Positions 38,401 to 47,363 of a stretch of DNA of 64,000 nt are shown one piece after another (position 1 is the stretch's first letter; each line of letters starts with the position of its first letter). The notes beneath the pieces are model-generated. The model was not told where the DNA came from and ran no database searches. It saw only the letters and a list, made by a program, of their open reading frames with translations. The translations under genes and the position numbers were made by a program. Origin of the DNA: an uncultured Pirellulales bacterium (GTDB lineage: Bacteria > Planctomycetota > Phycisphaerae > Sedimentisphaerales > Anaerobacaceae). The stretch lies in assembly GCA_964608395.1 (NCBI GenBank), contig CAZSOR010000001.1, positions 134 through 64,133 of the forward strand. The letters run 5' to 3'.

Positions 38401-38953
38401 TAAAACACGAGTGTTCAAGGCCGGCCAGTGGAGTGCGCTCAACGAGGCGAGATTCTCTGTTGGACCGGTAGCCGAGAGTCTTCGCATCACTGAGATTATG
38501 TACCACCCGCAGGATACGGGCGATCCGGGTGATCCCAATACAGAATATATAGAACTCAAGAATATCACAGCGCAGACCATAAACCTCAATCTGGTAAGCT
38601 TCGACAGGGGCATTAATTTCACTTTCGCCGACATGGAATTATCGGCCGGCGGTTACGTTATCGTCGTCAAGGACATAGCCGCTTTTGAGACTAGGTACGG
38701 GCAAGGCCTGAATGTCGCGGGCCAGTATATCGGCAAGCTCGACAATGGCGGCGAGAGAATCAGACTTCTCGATGCTGCCGGTCAGGTAATACATGACTTC
38801 CGATATGAGGATGACTGGTACGAAAATACCGACGGCACAGGATACTCTCTGGTCGTCGTCGATCCCATCAATTCTGTCAGTGAAGATTGGGCTGAGGTGG
38901 ATACATGGCGTGCCAGTAGCGGGCTCGGAGGCTCTCCGGGTATTGATGATTAG
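35498..38953 (+). CDS. CotH-kinase-family protein flanked by lamin-tail (LTD) domains, with a chitobiase/hexosaminidase-C-like module
   Basis: The N-terminal LTD is LVINEVMASN...DDWIEFFNAGDYSIDMGGMYLTD. A CHB_HEX_C-like module is GAEIRYTTDGTAPS. The CotH core is SLRLNF...FVHLYINGIYWGLYNPVERPD. The C-terminal LTD is LRITEIMYHP...EYIELKNIT. I prefer GTG 35498 (GGAG 6 nt upstream); the track start is TTG 35477. Confidence 0.7.
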   Translation: MRDEYRKIALIIIAVTALRTDMSDLGVLADNGNQTNLPLVINEVMASNTNTVKDLQGEYDDWIEFFNAGDYSIDMGGMYLTDEPGNPTKWMIPDDNPGTTTVAAERFLLIWVDGDEQDSGLHASFSLDADGDDILLFDRDGRTLIDGFSFIDQRTDISYGRYPDGDQNLQYMVFSTPKAANNGAFIDNVADTKFSQDRGFYDASFSLTISTVTEGAEIRYTTDGTAPSPTNGLTYTGAIPISTTTCVRAIAYNPGWLETNIDTHTYIFPRDVVRQPANIPGYPNPRTWLGSNKYANHDYEMDPVVVNDSVYSSMIVDSLKAIPTMSLVTGRAAMDTYYWGSGESQASIELIYPYDPDNSIQADCGVEPHSHDRLKRSLRLNFRAAYGDSKFKSDIFERAPLNGDSASKSINKIVLRGGNNRSWARVWNPDKTTYTMDQWFRDTQIAMSGVGSHGTFVHLYINGIYWGLYNPVERPDAAFAALYLGGEDEDYYSVSHGGSHGGSATRYNYLKNTLINKDMSDPDNYAEMQEYLNIESYIDYVMLSWFGGVGDWPGNNWWGANRNDPPGPFEYFLWDAEWSWETTRGHNNGWVAPGFRRNNSGGPTIAAIWHSLRANGDFMMLFADHAYKHLFNDGVLTDQNCIDRYLTLNNFICDAIVAESARWGDSLLTVGYPRRTRDVDWLAAEAETIGPGFMADNVAKFVDSLRKEGYYPDIDPPDFNIYGGPVASDFQMTLSNPNSSGIVYYTLNGSDPRISSPPQKANSLTIIEESDFKKVLVPSGPVDENWRGGGEFDDSSWTESSGDPGGVGYEIGSGYESLISLDLESLMYNKHSTCYIRIPFTLDVDPAFYDSLALKIRYDDAFVAWLNGDEIKRENFTEIPDWDSDGTSSHSDSGAANLMVFDVTEHIGSLRLFDNFLAIQGMNNGSDSSDLLISVELELSRGGTAGGAISQDAFEYSRPVTFDCSRHVKTRVFKAGQWSALNEARFSVGPVAESLRITEIMYHPQDTGDPGDPNTEYIELKNITAQTINLNLVSFDRGINFTFADMELSAGGYVIVVKDIAAFETRYGQGLNVAGQYIGKLDNGGERIRLLDAAGQVIHDFRYEDDWYENTDGTGYSLVVVDPINSVSEDWAEVDTWRASSGLGGSPGIDD

Positions 38954-39281
38954 CCCCCACCTGCTCCGATGAACAAGTTCAGTTCAATCACCCGGAATGC
39001 CTGGGAAGAGGTTCTACGATTCCGTCTCAGTACCCAGTAACCATTATATCTTAGATTATGAGCAACCTCAATCGCAATTGGATTCGAAATGTATCCCACC
39101 CATAAATAACTCGATAATTCTTCTTGACACAAAGGGGGGTTGATTAGGTATATAATATAGAGGAGTAATGTTCTGCGCATACTGTGCTTTGCACTGAGAG
39201 CTATCCACAGTAAGTTCTATAGAGATGGAATTGCGATAGCATATTCTTGGTCGAAAATAAATTAAAGTATGAAAGGAAGAG

Positions 39282-40913
39282 ATGATGAAGTCAATTCTAA
39301 TTGGAGCTTTTGGCCTGCTCTGGATCTTCGGTGTGTCGCTGCAGGCTCAACCGCTTGTGCAGTACACGTTTAACGATGGAACACCAAAGGATATCTCCGG
39401 AAACGGCATGGATGGTGTTCTGTTGGGAAATGCTGTGATCGTGACTGATCCCGAGCGAGGTCAAGTCTTACAGATCAACCAGAGTGGCATGCAAACGAAC
39501 GGACCTTTTGCCATCACAACCTCCTTCACCTTGTCCGCCTGGATCAAGCTCGACCTGCCACTCACAGGGCGATATTACTTTGGAGGTCCCTGGCAATTCC
39601 GCACGGACAACAAGGGCCCCCCCGAGCACTATTGGATTGAGGTGAGATACCCCGGGTATAACTTTCTCAACAAAGTTGACACCCGTACCGCCCAGAATCC
39701 CCAGGGTCAGCTCGACGGTCAATGGCACCATCTGGCACTGGTCTTGCCTGAAGATGGAGCTATTAGGGGTTACTTCGACGGAGTCCTCGCACCCTTTAGA
39801 GACGACAATAATGTCAGAGTCCATGACTTTTTAGAGATATTGAACGAGATTCGGGAATTGCTGCAGTACACGTTCCAGACGAAGAATGAGCTAACATTTG
39901 CCGTCTCCGGCACCGGCAGTGCTGGGATGGAGACGTGCGTGGTGAATCTCGTCGAGCCGGGAACCGCGATGCTTGTCTGCGTTAACGGAGTGTTTGGGCA
40001 GCGGATGGTCGACGTGGCGCAGCGGTGTGGAGCGGATGTCAGCACGGTCGAGGTCGAATGGGGCGAGGTCTTTGCACTTGATCAGATTGCCGATGCCCTC
40101 AAGGACAAGCCGGCTAAAGTTGTTGGTGTTGTGCACGCCGAGACCTCAACCGGTGTGGGACAGCCTCTGGAAGATATCTCCAGGATTGCACACGATGCCG
40201 GAGCATTGTTGATTGTGGATACTGTCACAAGTTTGGGAGGGATGAAGGTCGATGTGGACGGCTGGCAGATCGATGCGTGCTATTCGGGCACACAGAAATG
40301 CTTGTCCTGTCCGCCGGGGCTGGCGCCGGTGACGTTCAGCAATGCTGCGGTTGCGGCTATAGAGAATCGCAAGACGAAAGTCCAGAGCTGGTATCTGGAC
40401 ACTTCAATGATCCGCAAGTACTGGGGTAGTGAGCGTTTGTATCATCACACGGCACCGATTAACATGAATTACGCATTGCTTGAATCGCTTCGGATTGTCA
40501 GAGAAGAGGGGCTTGAGACACGATGGGCGCGCCACCTTGCGAACCACAAGGCCCTAAGAGCGGGACTGTCCGCGATTGGAATAGGATACCTGGCTCAAGC
40601 GGGCTTTGAGTTACCAATGCTTAACGCGGTAGCCATACCTGACGGCGTGGACGATGTGAAGGTGCGGGAGCAGTTGCTCACCGAGTTCAATATTGAAATC
40701 GGTGGTGGTCTTGGGCAGTTTAAGGGCAAGGCCTGGCGGATCGGATTAATGGGTTCGGCGTGCACATTGAGCAATGTAGTGCTGTTTTTGGCGGCACTTG
40801 AGAAGTGCCTGGCCGACCAGGGTGTTGATTTCGAGCGAGGGGCAAGTGTCGCCGCCGCGGTGGAAGCCAGCAGCAAGGGACGTCGTCTTACAAGTCGGAG
40901 AGATACAGAATGA
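39282..40913 (+). CDS. Chimeric ORF: signal peptide plus C-terminally truncated LamG domain fused in frame to an N-terminally truncated class-V aminotransferase (serine-pyruvate/alanine-glyoxylate type)
   Basis: Residues 1-~178 give a signal peptide, then [20 protein letters not shown]...FTLSAWIKL...GQWHHLALV (LamG). From ~181 onward [46 protein letters not shown]...[13 protein letters not shown] aligns to AGXT-type enzymes (PLP-Lys block) starting about 35-40 residues into the normal protein. Confidence 0.7.
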   Translation: MMKSILIGAFGLLWIFGVSLQAQPLVQYTFNDGTPKDISGNGMDGVLLGNAVIVTDPERGQVLQINQSGMQTNGPFAITTSFTLSAWIKLDLPLTGRYYFGGPWQFRTDNKGPPEHYWIEVRYPGYNFLNKVDTRTAQNPQGQLDGQWHHLALVLPEDGAIRGYFDGVLAPFRDDNNVRVHDFLEILNEIRELLQYTFQTKNELTFAVSGTGSAGMETCVVNLVEPGTAMLVCVNGVFGQRMVDVAQRCGADVSTVEVEWGEVFALDQIADALKDKPAKVVGVVHAETSTGVGQPLEDISRIAHDAGALLIVDTVTSLGGMKVDVDGWQIDACYSGTQKCLSCPPGLAPVTFSNAAVAAIENRKTKVQSWYLDTSMIRKYWGSERLYHHTAPINMNYALLESLRIVREEGLETRWARHLANHKALRAGLSAIGIGYLAQAGFELPMLNAVAIPDGVDDVKVREQLLTEFNIEIGGGLGQFKGKAWRIGLMGSACTLSNVVLFLAALEKCLADQGVDFERGASVAAAVEASSKGRRLTSRRDTE

Positions 40914-41875
40914 AAATAGTCGTATTAGATGGACATACTCTCAATCCCGGAGATCTGACGTGGAAGGACCTGGAGGCCCTGGGTGAATGCACGATCTATG
41001 ATCGCACGGCTGCTGAAGATACTGCAAGCCGTGCGGCCGGAGCAGAGATAGTCCTCACTAATAAGACCATTCTTTCCTGGAAGATTATAGAAGAGCTCGA
41101 CGATCTGCAGTACATCAGTGTGTTGGCTACTGGATACAACGTGGTGGACGTTGATGCCGCACGCTATCGCAGCATTCCGGTAAGCAATGTTCCGACCTAT
41201 GGGACGGAGTCGGTTGCTCAGATGGTTTTCGCGCATCTACTGAACCTGACCCAGAACGTTGGTCACCATGCCCGGACTGTTAATGAAGGGCGTTGGAGTA
41301 AATGTCCGGATTTTTGTTATTGGGACACGCCACTCGTTGAGCTATACGGCCTGACCATGGGCATCGTTGGATTTGGGAGAATCGGCCAGGCAACGGCCAG
41401 GTTAGCGCAAGCGTTTGGTATGAAGGTGATTGCCTATGACATCACTTCACCTTCCGGGAAGCACGAAGGATGCGAGATGGTAAAACTGGAGGATATCTTC
41501 CGGAATGCAGATGTTATCAGTCTGCACTGTCCTCTCACGCCAGATACTGCGAATCTCATCAACAAACAACGGCTGGCCTTGATGAAACCAACTGCATTTC
41601 TATTCAACACGAGCCGAGGGCCGTTGGTTGATGAGCAAGCCCTGGCTGATGCGCTCAATGGCGAGAAGCTCGCCGGTGCTGGCTTGGATGTGCTGTCCAT
41701 TGAGCCAGCCACAAAGCATAATCCGCTCCTCACAGCCAAGAACTGCTACATAACACCGCATATTGCATGGGCTACACGGGCCGCTCGGAAAAGACTGCTT
41801 CAAGTCGCCGTAGATAACGTAGCATCCTTTCTTGCCGGGAAACCACAGAACGTCGTAAACGGTATCGGAAACTGA
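40910..41875 (+). CDS. D-isomer-specific 2-hydroxyacid dehydrogenase (glycerate dehydrogenase/hydroxypyruvate reductase-like)
   Basis: 321 aa with the NAD fold [27 protein letters not shown]. Its start overlaps the aminotransferase stop (ATGA). Confidence 0.8.
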   Translation: MKIVVLDGHTLNPGDLTWKDLEALGECTIYDRTAAEDTASRAAGAEIVLTNKTILSWKIIEELDDLQYISVLATGYNVVDVDAARYRSIPVSNVPTYGTESVAQMVFAHLLNLTQNVGHHARTVNEGRWSKCPDFCYWDTPLVELYGLTMGIVGFGRIGQATARLAQAFGMKVIAYDITSPSGKHEGCEMVKLEDIFRNADVISLHCPLTPDTANLINKQRLALMKPTAFLFNTSRGPLVDEQALADALNGEKLAGAGLDVLSIEPATKHNPLLTAKNCYITPHIAWATRAARKRLLQVAVDNVASFLAGKPQNVVNGIGN

Positions 41876-42231
41876 CTTCTGAATATATTTCGGACCAAAC
41901 ACAACAAGAGATTACTCAAGTCCTCGGTAGTGGAAATAGTTAAATGAAGCCTTGCCTTTTCCCGCCACCACCGTAAATATACAACTTGTCTTCATAATGG
42001 CCCCATTATCGCGAGCAGCAAAATGTCAGAATTCTTCGAAAATATCAATGGGCGCGTTAAAACCAGCCAGCAATTCCTTTCCTTTAGCTTGTTTGGCCCT
42101 TAATGAGTTCTAAGCTGATGTCGGAAATTGTAACACCAGTATCCGCGTCGGTGGGGCATTGTTCAGATGTAGAGGATATCTTGCAGGAGACAGTTACAGG
42201 CCTGTGGTGAGAATTGACAGGGCTTACCTTG

Positions 42232-43797
42232 TTAATTCCCAATGACGTATAGATATCGCTCCTTAGCGATATACATCATGCCATTGGCGACGATGGGCGT
42301 GTTATAGATCTTGTGAGGGAAGCGGATTTTGTTAAGAATAATCTTTTTTTTGCCTGCCTGCATGATCCAGAGATATCGTTTTTCGGTACCCACAAAAATC
42401 TTGTCATCCGCTACCAGCGTGGAACTCCAGATGGGGGATTCGGTATTCAGTTTCCAGTGATGTTGCCCGTTTTGAGCATCCAGGCAATGAATATTGCCAC
42501 TGTAGTCCGTAACATAGAGGAGGTCATCCACTACGGATATGGTCGCCAGGCTGCGGTCTATTTCAGTAGACTGCCAGACAATATGACCATTTAAGGCATC
42601 GATACACGTCAAGGCTCCGGGGCCGCGTCCATGCATCGTGTCCTGACCGATACTGATGTATATACGGTTGTCATAGAAGACGGGCGTCCCAATAATCTCG
42701 CTGGGACCTTCACCATAAAAATCGCTATAAAAGCTGTGATATTTCCTTCGCTGGTAGGGACGGGACTTATAGGCTGCCGGATTGCAATCGCAAGACCATA
42801 TTCTTTCGAGTGTCACCACCTTGTCAGTATGGCTGGAGCCCATAAAGGGTTTGAAAGCATAACACCAACCATCTCCAGCGCCATAAACAATATGAGGGCG
42901 ATCGTTTACGATTCCCAGGCATGGTGATGACCATTGTCTATGGAAGAGGGTATGGCCTATCTTTTCATTGTCCTGAGCTACGAGACGGCCGGTCTTTTTG
43001 TCGAGAACGATTAAGGATGGGGTGTCGGGATACGGGACGTTACGATGAGAATTGTCCACACCGTTAGAAGTACCTACATAGAGATAGTTATCATAAACGA
43101 GAACTGCACTGCTTGATGCATCTTGGGGCCAACAGGGCAACTCTTTAATCATGTCGTAGAGCCAGATAATATCCCCATCGGTAGCCCGCAGGGAAAAGTC
43201 TGGTTTTTCTTTCCCACTCATGTATTGCGCTTCACGGGTGAAGGGGCCGTCATTGCCATTTGCCTGTCCCTCAACGTCCAGACAGAGCACTTCCCCGCGG
43301 TTACTAACGACATAGGCACGCTTTCCTTCGACTGTAACGGAGGCACATATGCCGAGATTCATATCATCGTAGTTGAAGTCTCGTAGGGTGGTGCGAAACC
43401 TGGGGACAATGAGTTGCCAAAGCAGCCTTCCGCTCTGCTCATCCAGGCAAAGGATGAGTCCGCCTCGAGTCTTCTGCAAACGGGGATCGTGCAAGGAAGC
43501 ATCATTCGTACCGACATAAACCCGGCCATCTGCAACTACAGTATTGCCATAGGCATGGCTCCCTAAACGTACAGCCCATTTGATGCCCTTGGTAGAAGAC
43601 ATATCCACCTGGGTTTGACCAGATGCATTCGGTTTGAGTTTTCCAGGATCGAATGATATGGACATATGGCGTGCATCAGAAAGCATGTTACGAGTAGGTA
43701 AGCCACCCCATTGGGGCCAGTCCTGGGCCCGAGTGGGCAAACATGTTATACCAAGCAGGCAGCTACTGACTATGAGGAGAGGTATGTCTGGTCGCAT
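42232..43797 (-). CDS. Secreted PQQ-like/BamB-like beta-propeller repeat protein
   Basis: 521 aa with a signal peptide. It has AQDWPQWGG at the mature N-terminus and repeated ...VY(V/I)GT..G.L.(C/A)LD... blades. Confidence 0.65.
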   Translation of the reverse strand: MRPDIPLLIVSSCLLGITCLPTRAQDWPQWGGLPTRNMLSDARHMSISFDPGKLKPNASGQTQVDMSSTKGIKWAVRLGSHAYGNTVVADGRVYVGTNDASLHDPRLQKTRGGLILCLDEQSGRLLWQLIVPRFRTTLRDFNYDDMNLGICASVTVEGKRAYVVSNRGEVLCLDVEGQANGNDGPFTREAQYMSGKEKPDFSLRATDGDIIWLYDMIKELPCWPQDASSSAVLVYDNYLYVGTSNGVDNSHRNVPYPDTPSLIVLDKKTGRLVAQDNEKIGHTLFHRQWSSPCLGIVNDRPHIVYGAGDGWCYAFKPFMGSSHTDKVVTLERIWSCDCNPAAYKSRPYQRRKYHSFYSDFYGEGPSEIIGTPVFYDNRIYISIGQDTMHGRGPGALTCIDALNGHIVWQSTEIDRSLATISVVDDLLYVTDYSGNIHCLDAQNGQHHWKLNTESPIWSSTLVADDKIFVGTEKRYLWIMQAGKKKIILNKIRFPHKIYNTPIVANGMMYIAKERYLYVIGN

Positions 43798-44107
43798 AAA
43801 GTAATGCGCTCCTTCCTATCTGAACTCATGGATGTACAGAACTTCAAGCAAGAGCTGCTGGTAATCCATCCTTGAATCATAAGGGCGTTGATAATATACT
43901 GCATCAGCACTGTTATTCGGACACTTCTATTATGATTTAACTCGAAAGGGAGATGAAATGGAACAAAGAAATCCGTCGGGCGGGCGACTAAAAACGTGTC
44001 GCGAGTTCATTAAGGACCTTGCCATGGTCACGGCGGCAATCTCCAGCCCAGTGTTCACCAAGGCGCTAATCTGATTTTTGTATTCATTCCATTTCTCTAT
44101 TTCAATG

Positions 44108-45541
44108 CTATTTCTGTTGGATTTTCTCCAGTTTCCAGGCACGTATCCAGTCCACCAGCATCGTGTTCCTCTTGGGATCCAGCAGAGATTCTTTTGTCGG
44201 CCAGCCATGCCAGGTAAAAACTTCAGTATCAAAAAACATGTATTGAGGTTCGTCGAAAGCCCCACCGTGTGTTATCTCTGCAACTTTAACGCCGTCGTGA
44301 TAGAACCAGGTAGTATTAGCATCCTTCCACCACATACCATAGGTGTGAAATCGGTCGCGGGCGCGTGTGGGCATTTTCCATTTCCTCGGAGTGGCGATAT
44401 CCTTCTTCCATCCACTGCGGAAGAAGTGGGTGTTTATCATCATAGTATCATCAATCCATCGGTTCTCTTCCAGTGAAGTACGGCCGATATTTTCAATCAC
44501 GTCAATCTCGGAATATTTACCCTGAAACCAGAAGGCCGTAGTCATTGACAGATCAGAAGCCTTGATCCGGGCTTCATAGTATCCGGCAGTACAGTTGCGA
44601 TTCCTGGACGTCACGCACGCTGCCGTGACTGTGGAGGCCTTGATCTCGCCAGCTCCTTCACGCAGTGTAGATTTCAGCCGCAGATTCCCATCCGTGACGG
44701 AAACATTCGACTTTTCATGTCGGCTGTTCCTTCCACTCCAATAGGGATGACGCGGAATCCATTTAGACTTGTCCAGAGAATTGCCGTTGAACTCATCCGA
44801 TAGAATCTCGATGAGTTGCCACTGGTATCCAGCCGGTGGCCTCGGCAACCGCTCTGTATTCGTGGGGATTCCATTTCCGATGAACTTTTTGAACTTTGAA
44901 GGGCTACCATCCTCATCTCCAAGAAGCAGCCAAAACACCATGCCAGCATCCGAAATATCAGCCTTCCCGTAGGCGTGGGCTCGCATTCTCTCATACAGCC
45001 ACTTCATGTTCGGATCACTATGGTCGCGCAGCCAATACCATGGAGAGAAATCGGCATTCGAGTTCCAAAGGACATTCGGATTCCAATCTCCATTTTGATC
45101 CTTGATCTTCACGTACTTCAACAGATTTTTACTGTACTCGATTGCCTGCTGTATGGTGTTGTGCGTGTTACGGCGTAAGTGAGTGTCGTTATACCCACTG
45201 TGAGATACAATATAGACGTGCGCCAAAGCAGCCCCATGGTCTTCGTCAACAACCTCTTTGACAACTTGATAGAAGAACTCCGCCGGCCCCATGTGAATAA
45301 AATACAGGCGGTTCTCAGCAGTAGACTTCGCCAATTCTGCTTTCAAATGGTTCCTGGCCGCAGCCGGATCTCTTGTAACATCAAAGAACAACTTGCCATC
45401 AAAACCCCAGCGTCGAATAGCACCATCGGCCCCTATTTTCATTTGATTCTTCTCATCAGGCCCTGCCGGAGCTTCAATGAAATTGTTATATGAATAGTGC
45501 ACGAGCTTGTTCTGCATCTGCAGTTTCGCCAATATGGCCAA
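44108..45541 (-). CDS. GH16 glycoside hydrolase (algal-galactanase-like) with an unassigned N-terminal domain; 5' end unresolved
   Basis: The C-terminal half has LSDEFNGNSLDKSKW, WSGRNSRHEKSNVSVTDGNLRL and the catalytic block SEIDVIENIG (E-x-D-x-x-E). The called start is TTG with no signal peptide. The frame is open a further 46 codons upstream without an ATG, GTG or TTG. Confidence 0.65.
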   Translation of the reverse strand: MAILAKLQMQNKLVHYSYNNFIEAPAGPDEKNQMKIGADGAIRRWGFDGKLFFDVTRDPAAARNHLKAELAKSTAENRLYFIHMGPAEFFYQVVKEVVDEDHGAALAHVYIVSHSGYNDTHLRRNTHNTIQQAIEYSKNLLKYVKIKDQNGDWNPNVLWNSNADFSPWYWLRDHSDPNMKWLYERMRAHAYGKADISDAGMVFWLLLGDEDGSPSKFKKFIGNGIPTNTERLPRPPAGYQWQLIEILSDEFNGNSLDKSKWIPRHPYWSGRNSRHEKSNVSVTDGNLRLKSTLREGAGEIKASTVTAACVTSRNRNCTAGYYEARIKASDLSMTTAFWFQGKYSEIDVIENIGRTSLEENRWIDDTMMINTHFFRSGWKKDIATPRKWKMPTRARDRFHTYGMWWKDANTTWFYHDGVKVAEITHGGAFDEPQYMFFDTEVFTWHGWPTKESLLDPKRNTMLVDWIRAWKLEKIQQK

Positions 45542-45694
45542 CGTAGCAGGTGTAGCTCCCCAGTCATCCGGGTCTCCCGTTGGCCACTTATGGCCGTTGT
45601 CCGGCTCACTGTTTCCATCGGCACTGATGGCGATTCTGCACGCTATAGCCTCTATAATGCAGCATTTCCCATATATCTTTTATTGAAGTTGCAT

Positions 45695-47174
45695 TTATCG
45701 AATTGCCAGTACAAAGGCATGATCACATGGCTTGCGGTCTGGCATTTTGACAGTTAGGGTTTCGGCGTTGCGTGACCATTCAATCTTGCCCTGATGACCC
45801 AGCAATTGTACGGATGTCATGCCATCGAGAAGCCTTGCCCGGGTACCAAGTGATTTGATATGGCATGTTCGGTCAGCAGGCCAGTCCAACACAATGGCAT
45901 ATAATGTTTTGCCCCTGGTCGTAAATCGAATGTTTTCGGCTGTTGCGTTTTTGTTCTTGCGTTCACTCAGATGGCCTTCCACCACCTTGGTGGGGCCCTC
46001 TCCAAAAAATCTTCCAGGGTCTGGTTTCGTAGATCGCCTCGCTGTTGAGCTTCAGCCACTCACCCATTTCCAAAAGACGATCCTGCACTGGCTGAGGAAT
46101 TTCGCCGTTGGCTTTGGGGGTAATATTGAGTAGTAGGCAGCTGTTCTTGCTGACGATATCGACTAATGTGTCAATCAGGCGGTCAGTCGATTTATACTCC
46201 GGCTCCTGTACATCACACCAGGAATCCCAGTCAATCGAATTATCCGTCAGCCAGGGAAAATCTTTTGCCTCACTCATGCGAGACCGTTCCAGGTCCAGGA
46301 TTCCGGCCCCGGCCCGGAAATCATTGTGTTTGTATGTGGCGACCACTTCACGGTTCCAGGATTGGCCGCTGTTGTAATAATAGCTTAGGAATTCCAAGAT
46401 AGATTGCTGCTCGAGGATATGAAGCTTGTTGTCGAACCAGACCAGATCCGGGTGGTATTTGTCCACGACTTCTCTGGCCCGTGAGAACCAGCGCCGGCTG
46501 AACGCAGCATCAGGCATAGGATCCGGATTTCTATCGGAGCCGCAAAATGCGGATCGCGGGGCCGGAGGTCCATACAAATCCCGATAGGCCTTATTTGAGG
46601 CGTTGGTGTTAGGGTCCATGGTCGGGTACCAAGCGTAGAGCCACTGATCGTGCAGGGTGGTTATGAATTTCATGCCTTGCTTGCGAATCGCCTTGCGCAT
46701 TTCGCCGACAATATCACGCTTCGGCCCCATCTTAGCGGCATTCCATTCCGTCAGATCGCTGTCTCACATGGCAAAACCGTCAGCATGTTCCGCCACCGGG
46801 CCGGCAAATCTGGCGCCGGCCTTCTTGAACAGTACCGCCCAGGCGTCCGGATCAAACTTCTCGGCCTTGAATATGGGAATGAAATCCTTGTACCCGAATT
46901 TGTCGAGCGAACCGTATGTTTCGAGATGGTGCTTGTTGCAGGCATGTCCCGGTACGTACATGTAGTGTGAATACCATTCCGTCTTGTACGCCGGAACCGA
47001 ATAAGGCCCCCAGTGAAAATAAATGCCGAACTTGGCATCGGCGAACCACTGCGGATCCGGATGCTGTGTCAGCGAATCCCAGTCTGGTTTGTATTTGCTT
47101 GCCTGGAGGGAACTGATGCCGGTAATTAGTACAATCCACATGACAGAAATATATACAAATGCTCTCGTTTTCAT
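45695..47174 (-). pseudogene. GH29 alpha-L-fucosidase-family gene disrupted by an in-frame TGA and a homopolymer frameshift
   Basis: Three consecutive ORFs (46764-47174, 45963-46730, 45695-45985) align end to end with the intact paralog at 50451-51962. ...AEHADGFAM-TGA-DSDLTEWNAAKMGPKRD matches paralog ...AEHHDGFAMYDSSHTKWNSVKMGPKRD. The frame slips in the A6 run at 46004-46009 (RPWKIF/GEGPTKVVEGHLSE versus RPWKISGEGPTGTAEGHLSE). Confidence 0.8.
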
Positions 47175-47363
47175 AAGCTTATCACCTCAGATAAAAGAAT
47201 GACTAAAATTGAATTATCCTGGTCAATGATTATTTTAACTGAGCTATTCTATTCAGTCAATCGGCTCAGATTATTCTTCAACTATAGCTTTCTTGTTATG
47301 TCTATCCTCTAAAATGCAACCTTCTTGAATCCGAGTATCGGTTCGTGATTGGACACAACCAAG

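Noticed and set aside
39124-39156. TTGACA ... TATAAT pair upstream of the LamG::aminotransferase ORF
   Set aside because: The spacer is 21 nt (19 nt to an alternative TATATA), outside the 16-18-nt window, so I do not call it a promoter.
38950-39180. 76-aa minus-strand ORF between CotH and the chimeric ORF
   Set aside because: It overlaps the CotH stop, has no recognisable features and sits in the promoter region of the next gene, so it is likely spurious.
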